Source of the DNA: an uncultured archaeon
Lineage (GTDB): Archaea > Asgardarchaeota > Lokiarchaeia > Sigyniarchaeales > SOKP01
Length of the DNA: 52,667 bases
NCBI GenBank assembly: GCA_964388035.1
Contig: CAYLZE010000025.1
Coordinates: 1 to 52,667, forward strand
Direction: 5' to 3'
In this document: positions 39,467 to 49,032 of the stretch, in pieces
Layout: every line of letters begins with the position of its first letter
Position numbering within the stretch: the first letter of the stretch is position 1
Position numbers and translations under genes: made by a program
The notes under the pieces: model-generated
Seen by the model: only the letters and a program-made list of their open reading frames with translations
Told to the model about the DNA's origin: nothing
The model's database searches: none

Positions 39467-40525
39467 CTACTGCTCTCTCCATATGGTACCACATTTTCCA
39501 CATGAATATTTCTTACCATAGACTCGGGGATAATCCATTATAATATTGCTCTTATCAACGCTTTCATGAATCATGTGTTTATCGTCATTCCCACACTTAG
39601 GACATTTTCTCCTACCTGTAGGTCTTTCAATTGTTAATACGGATTCATCCATTGTCCCAGGGATACCTGGAGCTGCTCCGGACGAAGCTGACGTCTTGAT
39701 TTGTATAGGTGCCGATGTAACTTCTTCTTTTTGTTCAATTACAGGAGCAGGTTCTGGTTCAGGTGGTTCTTCAACAACCTCCTTAATTTCAGCTTTTCTT
39801 TCAGTCGGAATTGATTTTGCTGCTATATCTGCCTCGGTTTCAGGTTCGAGTTCTGATTCTGCTCTTAATTGCACAGCATCTGATTCTTTATATTCCTCTC
39901 CTCTTTCGAGAGCTTTTAAAAATTCGGCATCATTTCCTTCCTCAAAAATGACTTCATTTTGAGCACCGGCTCTTTCAGCATCCAAGTTTCTTGCCCACTG
40001 CCCAGCTTTCACTTTTTCCTTGACATTACAAGCATTACCCTGCCAAATATATATTTTCGTCCCTAAATCCAAAATGAAACAATCTTCACTATCAAGACTA
40101 TCTTTTGAAAAAGGAACTTGTATCATTCTCATGGAATTAATATCTTCAAATTCTTCAGCGCTAATTCTATAAAGTACATTTCTCCATTCAGAGAATCCAG
40201 CAAAATCTCCCGTGGTCACATCCTTGAGCATGGTTTTAGCAATGTTTTTGTCTACAATTTTCATGGCTCCCATGGAAGAGATTAATTTTAAAAATTCAGG
40301 GGTTTCTTGCCCTTGATCAATGGTAATAATTTTAGCAGCCCCCCCTCTTTCTTGATCTAATCTTCTAGCTTCTGCAGCACCGGTAGTTTTCTCATCCACG
40401 CTGCATTTACTTCCTATCCAGACGAAAACTGTATTCTGATCATCCACTAAGTAGACGTCTCCAGTACTAAAAATGGGTTTATCGATTTCCTTTAACTCGC
40501 CCTTGTCTATCATTAATACTTTCAT
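39467..40525 (-). CDS. Two-domain gelsolin with acidic/Pro linker and C-terminal Zn ribbon
   Basis: FSTGDVYLVD..VFVWIGSKCSVDEK...QGQETPEF; SLDSEDCFILD..IYIWQG..CNVKEK...EEGNDAEF; CPKCG...CGKCG. Confidence 0.9.
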   Translation of the reverse strand: MKVLMIDKGELKEIDKPIFSTGDVYLVDDQNTVFVWIGSKCSVDEKTTGAAEARRLDQERGGAAKIITIDQGQETPEFLKLISSMGAMKIVDKNIAKTMLKDVTTGDFAGFSEWRNVLYRISAEEFEDINSMRMIQVPFSKDSLDSEDCFILDLGTKIYIWQGNACNVKEKVKAGQWARNLDAERAGAQNEVIFEEGNDAEFLKALERGEEYKESDAVQLRAESELEPETEADIAAKSIPTERKAEIKEVVEEPPEPEPAPVIEQKEEVTSAPIQIKTSASSGAAPGIPGTMDESVLTIERPTGRRKCPKCGNDDKHMIHESVDKSNIIMDYPRVYGKKYSCGKCGTIWREQ

Positions 40526-40727
40526 TGATTATTCCTCTAAATTTTAGAATTTTTTTAATTATATTATAAAAATATCATTATTAAAATGTTGATGACATTT
40601 TTTCTTTAAAATTCAATTACTAAAAATAAAGGAGGTAATCTAACTATAAATATTTTAAGATAAAAAAAAGTAGTCATGTGCTTTTTTATAATATTTATTA
40701 AAAAATTAAAGATGAGTTCCCCTTATT

Positions 40728-42110
40728 TCAAAAATCCTTCAGAGCTAATCCCATCCTGTTAATAAATTCAGGGATTTTTTGAAGATCGATTGAACAATAC
40801 GCAATTCGAATGCCATTCACATTTTCATCGGGTTTTTCAATGGGGATGACTCCCACTTTGTATTTCTTCAAAAGATGATCGGCAAAATCAGTAGCTTTAA
40901 TTGAATCTTGTTTTAAATTCAAAAACATGAAAAATCCTCCGGAGTTGGGATCAATCGAAATTCTATTGTCCTCGATTTGTGATAATCCTTTATTAATCTC
41001 GATACATCTTTTTCCGAGCAGTTCAATCACTCCTTGCCTACTGGAGATAATTCCATCCATGCCCTTGGATTTAAAAATTTTTTCGGTGATCGCTTGATAA
41101 AAATGATTGCTGTTTGATATCGTGCTTCGTATCATGCCTTCTAATTTATTAGATATTTCGCTTTTTAGTAGATTTAATTCTTCATCGTTATTGATCCAGT
41201 GCTCTTTTAATCCAAGGGTTAAAAAACCAATTCTTGCGCCATACATCAATAATTCTTTGGAAATCCCATCAATTTTGATTGGAATTACATCCCCTTTTAA
41301 CTCATGAATGTCATAAAAAATAGATGTATAGGACATGCTCTCTCCATACACGTACGGTTCATATGCGTCATCCACTAACACAATAATTGGTTTTCTTATT
41401 TGTTGTTGAACATCATCTAGAGAAATAACGATTTCTTTAACTTCATCAACAGAAGGAACGTAACCCGTGGGATTATTCGGGAAATTTAATATGATTACTA
41501 CTTTATTTTGGGTCTTTGATACCTCTTCAATCGCGGTTTTCAATCCCTCAATATTAATTTTTGCATTTTTAAAAAATTCAAAAGATTTTATTTTAGCTCC
41601 AATAAACTTGTTAATAATGTTATCATAATTGCCCCATCGTTTATTTGGAGAGATAATGGTTTCTCCGGGATTTAAAAATAAACAACTGGAAATATAAATT
41701 CCATTGGTAAGTCCTGCCGTAATTAAGGGTACCGTGCTAAATTTCTCTAGTTTTTTTAATTTTTCAGTATCTTTTAGTGCATCATATTTAGATTTCTTCA
41801 GAATCCACTTTTTCCAATAGTCCCGAATGCCAGTTAACCCTGCAATGGTAGCATAAGTCGTCACGTCTCTTATGTGAAGATTCTTGAAATAATCTTTAAC
41901 TTCTCCCAAATAACAAGGTAGCCATTCATTCGTACCTCCATCGATGAAATCTTGCTCGTAAGCAAAAGCTACACCTAAAGTTCCATTTATGTCGCCTTCC
42001 TTTTTAGCTCTATCGCTCCAATAAAAGATACCTTGAGGTAAAAAAATCCGTTTTCCTAAATTCGAAAATACCCCGAATAACGGAGTTTTTTTAATTATCT
42101 CGAATTCCAT
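40728..42110 (-). CDS. PLP-dependent aminotransferase class I/II
   Basis: LNFPNNPTGY, VDDAY, GISKE..YGARIG (PLP Lys), IRIAY. Confidence 0.92.
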   Translation of the reverse strand: MEFEIIKKTPLFGVFSNLGKRIFLPQGIFYWSDRAKKEGDINGTLGVAFAYEQDFIDGGTNEWLPCYLGEVKDYFKNLHIRDVTTYATIAGLTGIRDYWKKWILKKSKYDALKDTEKLKKLEKFSTVPLITAGLTNGIYISSCLFLNPGETIISPNKRWGNYDNIINKFIGAKIKSFEFFKNAKINIEGLKTAIEEVSKTQNKVVIILNFPNNPTGYVPSVDEVKEIVISLDDVQQQIRKPIIVLVDDAYEPYVYGESMSYTSIFYDIHELKGDVIPIKIDGISKELLMYGARIGFLTLGLKEHWINNDEELNLLKSEISNKLEGMIRSTISNSNHFYQAITEKIFKSKGMDGIISSRQGVIELLGKRCIEINKGLSQIEDNRISIDPNSGGFFMFLNLKQDSIKATDFADHLLKKYKVGVIPIEKPDENVNGIRIAYCSIDLQKIPEFINRMGLALKDF

Positions 42111-42211
42111 GGTTTGCTCATTAACTTAAATTTTCCATGACATAAATATATAAGTACCAAAAACTATAAGAACAATAAGGAATCTATTAAAATACCCTAA
42201 AACATTATAAA

Positions 42212-42688
42212 GTGTGGTCAAGAATGAATGAGTCTGATCAACCCAAAAAAGAAGAAAATCCTCTCATGAAGGGGTGGAATGATTTCGTCAAAAATATTAA
42301 TACCGGTTTCCAGCAGTTCCAAGAAAATTTACAAAATCAATTAAAGGCAAATCAAGAGAATTTGGAAAAAAACAAACAAAACGCTAGCAAATTCTTTACC
42401 AAAATACAAGATGATTGGAATAAAAAAGTGGAAAACTGGAACAAGCAAGTGCAAGATTCTCAACTGAAAAACCAGTCGCAGTGGGAAGCTACAAAACAGC
42501 AAATCCGCATGGACATAGAGAATTGGGAAGATAAACGAAGACAAGATCTGAAGGATGGTTTAAAATGGTGGAGCTGGCAATCGGTTAAGGGGGCTTATCT
42601 ATTTTTACTGATAATGATCCCCATCATCATCGTGCTGTTTCTCGTATTTTACATCATTTCGAAGTTCTTTCCCTTTCTTTTCCAATAA
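42212..42688 (+). CDS. Amphipathic coiled-coil protein with C-terminal TM anchor
   Basis: Q/N/W-rich helical region, then a C-terminal hydrophobic segment; true start may be ATG 42224. Confidence 0.75.
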   Translation: MWSRMNESDQPKKEENPLMKGWNDFVKNINTGFQQFQENLQNQLKANQENLEKNKQNASKFFTKIQDDWNKKVENWNKQVQDSQLKNQSQWEATKQQIRMDIENWEDKRRQDLKDGLKWWSWQSVKGAYLFLLIMIPIIIVLFLVFYIISKFFPFLFQ

Positions 42689-42815
42689 AATTCACTTCAA
42701 TTGAAATGATTTAAAATAATTTTCTAAGATTACTTCTTTTTTAATAGCAAAATCTAAATTCTATTGTATATTTGATTCAATTAAATCGGTCATTAGACAC
42801 GTTATTACTTGCATT

Positions 42816-43607
42816 ATGAGAACGTTTCCTTCAGAAATAAAGAAAATTGTTTTAAAAGTAAGTACCCAAATGATTACTGATGGTGTTGCTGAAATATATC
42901 ATGAGAGAGTACAAGGACTTGTCAAAGAAATTGCAGAACTTATCAAAGAAGGAATTTCGGTAATAATCGTTAGTAGCGGGGCTATTGGAGCAGGTTTAGC
43001 AAAATTAGGTCTAAATAAACGACCTGCAGAATATAAAAAATTACAAGCACTTGCCGCAGTGGGGCAAATTTATTTGATGACTTTATATCAAGAGGAATTC
43101 GATAAATTTGGAATTAAAATTGGTCAAATTCTTCTATCTGCGGATGATATGAAAGATTCTGTTCGGAGATCCAATGTGCGTAATACGTTAGATGTTCTAT
43201 TAAATGAAGGAATAGTTCCCATAATTAATGAGAATGATTCTGTCGCTATCGAAGAATTAAGTTACGGAGATAATGACAAGCTTTCAGCATTAGTCGCTAT
43301 CTTGCTTTATGTGGATTTATTAATTATTTTAACTGATGTTCCGGGTTTATGTGATAAAAATCCAAAATTACATGCTGATTATCACGTTATTGAAAGGGTT
43401 GAAGGGATGGATGATGACTTAATGAAAATTGTGGAAGATATTGATGGTGGGATCACGTTTGGAGGAATGCTCTCCAAGGTTAATGCTATAAAAAAACTCA
43501 CTAATATTGGTATTCCTGCAATAATCTCTTCCTTCAATAACAAATCAGTTTTGAAGAAAATTCTAGAAGGAGAAGAAGTAGGAACCTATTTCCTTCCTTC
43601 AAAATAA
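42816..43607 (+). CDS. proB: Glutamate 5-kinase (no PUA domain)
   Basis: VSSGAIGAG, QALAAVGQ, PIINENDSV, GDNDKLSA, LTDV.GL, GGMLSK. Confidence 0.95.
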   Translation: MRTFPSEIKKIVLKVSTQMITDGVAEIYHERVQGLVKEIAELIKEGISVIIVSSGAIGAGLAKLGLNKRPAEYKKLQALAAVGQIYLMTLYQEEFDKFGIKIGQILLSADDMKDSVRRSNVRNTLDVLLNEGIVPIINENDSVAIEELSYGDNDKLSALVAILLYVDLLIILTDVPGLCDKNPKLHADYHVIERVEGMDDDLMKIVEDIDGGITFGGMLSKVNAIKKLTNIGIPAIISSFNNKSVLKKILEGEEVGTYFLPSK

Positions 43608-43627
43608 TTCAAAAAGGGAATTTGAGA

Positions 43628-44884
43628 ATGAATATTAAAGAAAACATGGAAAGTATGGGCAAGAAAGCCCAAGAGGCCGCTTTCATATTAAAAAATGTAG
43701 GCACGAATATTAAAAATAATGCCTTATTTAAAATGGCCAAAGATTTAGTCACCTTTTCTGATAAAATTATTCAAGCTAATATGATGGATCTCGAGGTAGC
43801 TCATGAGAACAAGTTAGAACAATCCAAAATCGATCGTTTAATATTAACTAAGGAGAAAGTAAAAAAAATTGCAGAGGGCTTAGAAGAAATTGCCCGCTTT
43901 CCCGATCCCATCAACCAAGTAATAACCATGCAAAGACGCCCTAATGGAATGGATATTGGTTTGGTTCGCGTGCCTTTAGGTGTGATAGGGATAATTTATG
44001 AATCTAGACCGAACGTCACGGCAGATGCTGCGGGATTGTGCATCAAAGCAGGGAATGCAATTATTCTGCGTGGTGGAAGTGAGGCCATTCATTCTAATAT
44101 TGCACTTGCTGATATTCTTCATGATGCCGCTGTCAGTGAAGGATTACCCAGAAATTGCATCCAAATTGTAAGAGACACGGATCGCGAATACGTGGGTGAG
44201 ATGCTCAAGTTAAAACAATATATCGACGTCATTATCCCCCGTGGAGGAGTAGACCTGATAAAGAGAGTAATTCAAAATTCTACTGTTCCGACAATAGAAA
44301 CCGGAATCGGAATCGTGAGTATATTTGTGAATAAAGATGCAGATTTCGAAATGGCTGAAAGAATTATCATCAATTCAAAATGCTCTTATCCTGCTGTATG
44401 TAACGCATTAGATAAGGTATTAGTTCATGAAGATATTAAAGAAACTTTCATCCCTCGAATCGTAAATTCATTGGTTAAGAATGGAGTAGAAGTAAGAGCA
44501 TGTGATAAAACCCGCGAGATAGTACCCAACGTTATACAAGCAACTGAGGAGGACTTGAGTGCTGAATATCTTAGTCTAAAAATTTGTATTAAAATTGTTA
44601 AAGATATTGATGAGGCAATACAAATCATCACCAAACATGACTCAAAGCATACAGAATCAATATTGACCCAAAATTATGATGATGCCCGTAAATTTTTATA
44701 TGAAGTGGATGCCGCTGCCGTTTATGTTAATGCTGCAACACGACTAACTGATGGAGGCGTGTTTGGTATGGGGGCTGAAATAGGTATTTCCACGCAAAAA
44801 TTACATGCACGGGGTCCCATGGGCGTCAATCAATTAACCTCCACGAAATTTATCATTTATGGAAATGGACAAATCAGGGAATGA
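43628..44884 (+). CDS. proA: Glutamate-5-semialdehyde dehydrogenase
   Basis: RVPLGVIGIIYESRPNVT, LRGGSEA, PAVCNAL (catalytic Cys), GAEIGISTQKLHARGPMG. Start at ATG 43628 (upstream TTG 43622 possible). Confidence 0.97.
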   Translation: MNIKENMESMGKKAQEAAFILKNVGTNIKNNALFKMAKDLVTFSDKIIQANMMDLEVAHENKLEQSKIDRLILTKEKVKKIAEGLEEIARFPDPINQVITMQRRPNGMDIGLVRVPLGVIGIIYESRPNVTADAAGLCIKAGNAIILRGGSEAIHSNIALADILHDAAVSEGLPRNCIQIVRDTDREYVGEMLKLKQYIDVIIPRGGVDLIKRVIQNSTVPTIETGIGIVSIFVNKDADFEMAERIIINSKCSYPAVCNALDKVLVHEDIKETFIPRIVNSLVKNGVEVRACDKTREIVPNVIQATEEDLSAEYLSLKICIKIVKDIDEAIQIITKHDSKHTESILTQNYDDARKFLYEVDAAAVYVNAATRLTDGGVFGMGAEIGISTQKLHARGPMGVNQLTSTKFIIYGNGQIRE

Positions 44885-44890
44885 AAAAAC

Positions 44891-45556
44891 TTGCTGGAAA
44901 TACTCCTATTTTCCTTTTTGGTTGCATTAACAGGCGCCCTAAGCCCAGGACCCTTGTTAACCTTCACTATATATAAGTCTATAAAGGAAAAACGAGGCTA
45001 TTTAGTAGGAGTTTTTGTTATTTTGGGGCATGCCACCTTAGAATTCTTGTTCATTCTCTTGCTCTTAGCAGGGGTTTACTTGTTCTTTCAAAACATTATT
45101 GTTCTTACTGTAATTGGGTTGGTTGGTGGATTCCTTTTAGTCATTTTTGGAATCCTTGTTATTAGAGATACTTATAAAAAATCTGTTCAATTAAATGTTC
45201 AAACTATAGAACCTCAAGATTATAAGGGATATAAAGGGAATACATTCCTTGGAGGTATTTTTGTTAGCTTATCCAACCCCTTCTGGACCTTCTGGTGGGC
45301 GGTAATAGGGCTCGGTTTAATGATAAATCTTAACATTACCCTTCAAGACCCATTCGGTATCTTCCTTTTCTTTATAGGACACGAAGCTGGAGATTCGATT
45401 TTTTATATCCCTTTATCCATTTTCGTGGCTTTAGGAGGAAAGTCACTCAATCCGAAAATCTACAAGTATATCTTGATTGGCTGTGGAATCTTTATGATTG
45501 TTTTTGGAATTTATTTGGCAACAAATATCCTCTTTTTCCCTCCAGAATTAGAATAA
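44891..45556 (+). CDS. LysE family translocator
   Basis: GALSPGP, GHA..E, SLSNPFW..WW, six TMs. Confidence 0.88.
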   Translation: MLEILLFSFLVALTGALSPGPLLTFTIYKSIKEKRGYLVGVFVILGHATLEFLFILLLLAGVYLFFQNIIVLTVIGLVGGFLLVIFGILVIRDTYKKSVQLNVQTIEPQDYKGYKGNTFLGGIFVSLSNPFWTFWWAVIGLGLMINLNITLQDPFGIFLFFIGHEAGDSIFYIPLSIFVALGGKSLNPKIYKYILIGCGIFMIVFGIYLATNILFFPPELE

Positions 45557-45678
45557 GATTCCGATCCTCTAAAAATTGAATAATTTGAGAGATTTTAGGA
45601 TTTGAAAAAAAAATTATAAGAAGTCAATAATATCAATTTTATAAAAGAATTAAATAAATAAAGTTATACTTGATGGGG

Positions 45679-46731
45679 TTAACTCAATAAACCGTTTGCG
45701 TTTTTTAAGTATTTTTCCGCATCCGCAATGATGGTATCAATTATATTTTTCACGTTTTCTATACTATTTATAATTCCGATACTTTGTCCGAGGAGCACCG
45801 CGCCATCTTTTATGTTTCCATTATATGCCAGTTCATATTTTTTTCCTTCTTCGATAACATCTGCTTCGGTCATGCTACTTTCTTGCGCCATTTTTTCGCT
45901 CTTATCCGCAACTAAATCATGATGGAGAGAATAGTCATTTTTCCATAACCTTATGGGTCCAAGAGCCCCCGTGGTCAATAATGTGTCCTGAGCCGTCGCG
46001 CCAGGAACGACGTCCTTGTACGTGTCATGAAATTCGCTTTCCTTAGAGGCGATAAAACGGGAGCCCATAGCAATAGCTCCCGCCCCCATTGCTAAAGCGG
46101 CACCCAATCCTCGCCCTGTAGCAAATCCTCCACAAGCTACAACGGGAAAATCGGGATGTTTCTCTAATACCTGTTGAAGAAGAACCATAGTACTCACTTT
46201 TTCATAGGATTGATGCCCGCCCCCTTCCGTGCCAGTTACCACTAATCCATCCACTTTTGAATCCACGCATTTTTCCGCTAACCATAAAGCGGGAGCAACA
46301 TGAAAGTGTTTAATTTGAGATCCGCTTTCTTTAAGTCTTTGAAAGGATCTTGATTGAGGTAAAGTCTTGGACGATCCTGCGCTGGTCACCGCATAGATAC
46401 ACTGTTCTTTTAGACGGGGATTATTCATGATAAATTTAGGAATTTCACGTGCCAGAGCATCTGCGTGCAGTTCCCTACGCGATGTTCGGATGTTAAATCC
46501 AAAAGGTTTGTCGGTATGTTCAATTACTTTGATCATATCATCCTTCATGATGCCCACGGGATTCTTTCCTTTCATGAAATCACTGATTAATGATGTGTGA
46601 CTGAGTACACCTAAGCCACCTGCTTCTGAAACAGCGATTGTCAAGTCTGTAGTATAAAAGGGACCCATGGGAGCTGCGATAATGGGATGCTTGATTCCTA
46701 ACATCTCGGTTATTTTAGTCTTTATAACCAT
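45679..46731 (-). CDS. Nitronate monooxygenase / enoyl-reductase FabK-like FMN oxidoreductase
   Basis: KTKITEMLGIKHPIIAAPM, VSEAGGLG, TDKPFG.N, EGGGH, ACGG...GRG, MGSRF. Confidence 0.9.
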   Translation of the reverse strand: MVIKTKITEMLGIKHPIIAAPMGPFYTTDLTIAVSEAGGLGVLSHTSLISDFMKGKNPVGIMKDDMIKVIEHTDKPFGFNIRTSRRELHADALAREIPKFIMNNPRLKEQCIYAVTSAGSSKTLPQSRSFQRLKESGSQIKHFHVAPALWLAEKCVDSKVDGLVVTGTEGGGHQSYEKVSTMVLLQQVLEKHPDFPVVACGGFATGRGLGAALAMGAGAIAMGSRFIASKESEFHDTYKDVVPGATAQDTLLTTGALGPIRLWKNDYSLHHDLVADKSEKMAQESSMTEADVIEEGKKYELAYNGNIKDGAVLLGQSIGIINSIENVKNIIDTIIADAEKYLKNANGLLS

Positions 46732-46835
46732 ATTTTTTACACCTTAATATAATTTAAAATTAGATAATATAGAATCTATAGTATTAATATAAAAGATTAC
46801 TTTTTCTGTAGAAATAATATAAAATAAAAAAGGAG

Positions 46836-48512
46836 TCACTTTTTTCTTAACGCTTTTCTATCAATTTTTCCAATTACGGTTCTAGGCAGAATGGGAACAA
46901 ACGAAACCATGCGCGGATATTTATACGCTGCTAAATTTTGCTTCCCCCAATCGATTATCTCTTGCTCGGTAATTTTCCCTACATACTCTTCCTTTAATGC
47001 TACATAAGCTTTAATGTTTTCTCCCGTGTTTGGATCTTCAACCCCCACTACAGCAACAGAAGCAATTGCAGGATGTTCTTCCAATCTTTCTTCCACTTCT
47101 CTAGGCATTACTTTATACCCTTTATACTTTATCATGTCTTTTGTTCTTCCGACAATATAGAAATAGCCATTATCTGTCATTTTAGCCAGATCACCCGTTC
47201 TTAACCATCCATCTTCTGTTAATACACTTTTAGTTGCTTCAGGATTTTTCCAATATCCTTTCATGACTTGTGGACCTTTAATTAAGAGCTCACCTACCGT
47301 GTCGGGATCCAATTCTTCTAAGGTGTCGGGATTTACGATTTTTGCATCAGTATTCATTAAAGGAATAGCAATCGAATCGGATCTTATTTCAGGAAGCCAT
47401 TCTGCATGCATGTGAGTTATGGGGGAAGCCTCAGTAAGCCCATAACCCTGAGAAATTCGTATGTCCCCCACCACTGATTTGAATTTTCTCACGACTTCAG
47501 GTGGAAGAGTAGTTGAACCACTCAGAGCACTTTCCAAGGAAGATAGATCAATCTTTCCGAATTTAGGATGATTCACGAGGAGTTGAAACATCAAAGGTAC
47601 ACCTATAAAGCTCCTAATTTTGTAGTCCCTAATATGTTCCATTATCCTCTCGGGGTAAAAGTCCCCCTCCATTAACATCATGGTGCCGATTAACAAAGAA
47701 GTAATTAAAACAGTAAATCCAAAGGTATGACAGAGAGGTAGAACACATTGAGAGACTTCTCGTCCCAAAACTTCTTCATATACCTTTTTATTTAAATAAA
47801 TTGTATTCAATACATCCGAAACAATGTTATCGTGGGTCAACATCACTCCTTTGGGAAGCCCCGTTGTTCCTCCCGTATATAAGAGGGCTGCTAGGTCATT
47901 TAAGGGATCGATACTTGGCATTTTTGGTTCGCTTGTCGAAGATCCCTTGATAAAGGTTTCTAAGGGAATTGCCTCCTCTTTTGGTTCTTTCGTTCCTAAT
48001 AAGATGATATTTTCAATGTCCACTTCTTTTTGGGCTTTTTTTATAATGCGATAATTTTTACTATGAACAAAAACCGTTTTTATAATGCCTGAATCTCTTA
48101 CTATGTGAGTAACATCCCCTACATTTAATAAGGGATTTATGGGGGTCAAGGAGGCACCAGTTTGCAATATTCCAATTGTAGAAAAAACAAACTCGGGAAC
48201 ATTTTCAGTCATCAACCCTATAGAATCTCCTTTCTTAACGCCTATTTTCTCATTTAACGCATGAGTAATCTTATTTGCTTCTAAAAACATTTCTCTATAG
48301 GTATATTTTCTTTCTTCCGGAACATAATAAATGAAACAGTTATTAGGATAGAGCTCCTTGGTGATCTTCAAAAGATCTGGCAGTGAAATGGGATCATAAG
48401 CTATAGATTTGGGGATATAATCGGGATAATATTTTAACCATGGGCGATTCGGATTAACATGAGGCGCCACTTTGTTGTAATCTTCTTTAATTTCTAAAAA
48501 TCCTTCAAACAT
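46836..48512 (-). CDS. Long-chain acyl-CoA synthetase (AMP-forming)
   Basis: YTGGTTGLPKG, QGYGLTEASP, GPQVMKGYW, LRTGD, GR.KDMIK, GKIDR. Confidence 0.95.
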   Translation of the reverse strand: MFEGFLEIKEDYNKVAPHVNPNRPWLKYYPDYIPKSIAYDPISLPDLLKITKELYPNNCFIYYVPEERKYTYREMFLEANKITHALNEKIGVKKGDSIGLMTENVPEFVFSTIGILQTGASLTPINPLLNVGDVTHIVRDSGIIKTVFVHSKNYRIIKKAQKEVDIENIILLGTKEPKEEAIPLETFIKGSSTSEPKMPSIDPLNDLAALLYTGGTTGLPKGVMLTHDNIVSDVLNTIYLNKKVYEEVLGREVSQCVLPLCHTFGFTVLITSLLIGTMMLMEGDFYPERIMEHIRDYKIRSFIGVPLMFQLLVNHPKFGKIDLSSLESALSGSTTLPPEVVRKFKSVVGDIRISQGYGLTEASPITHMHAEWLPEIRSDSIAIPLMNTDAKIVNPDTLEELDPDTVGELLIKGPQVMKGYWKNPEATKSVLTEDGWLRTGDLAKMTDNGYFYIVGRTKDMIKYKGYKVMPREVEERLEEHPAIASVAVVGVEDPNTGENIKAYVALKEEYVGKITEQEIIDWGKQNLAAYKYPRMVSFVPILPRTVIGKIDRKALRKK

Positions 48513-48750
48513 AAAATCACCTTGATCATTTATTTTTATTAATATTGTTCAAAAATTCTCAATACTACTATTTTATTTAATTAATTATTTAAATTTTTAT
48601 TCTTTATTATGAACGAATACATCTATCTTGGGGAAAAAAATATGAAGAATCGATCTTTCTCCAGATGATATGATATGAGGATATTAGTCGTAATTTTTAA
48701 GCAGTTGGCTTATTTATTCATTAAAACCATGTAACGGATAATGAAAAGTC

Positions 48751-49017
48751 ATGAGCCGTAAAAAAATTCCTCCCAGTACACGAGCTTTATTAATGCGAAA
48801 ATTACTTACTATTTGCCCGGTTTGCAAAAAACCAATTTATGGAAGAGATATTGACATTGCTAAAATTGAAAAAGCGGGGATCAATCAATGGCCCGTTTTG
48901 TATACCCATTGCCATTCTCACGAATCTATTCCCCTCCATGCGATTACCCTCTATCTTGATGCTAATTTCGCAGTAAGGGGAGAAGAAGTTTCTCAATTCT
49001 TGAAAATTCAAAAATGA
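48751..49017 (+). CDS. Small Cys/His metal-binding hypothetical protein
   Basis: CPVC...HCHSH...H...LYLDANFAVRG. Confidence 0.7.
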   Translation: MSRKKIPPSTRALLMRKLLTICPVCKKPIYGRDIDIAKIEKAGINQWPVLYTHCHSHESIPLHAITLYLDANFAVRGEEVSQFLKIQK

Positions 49018-49032
49018 ATGAAGAAAAAAGTA

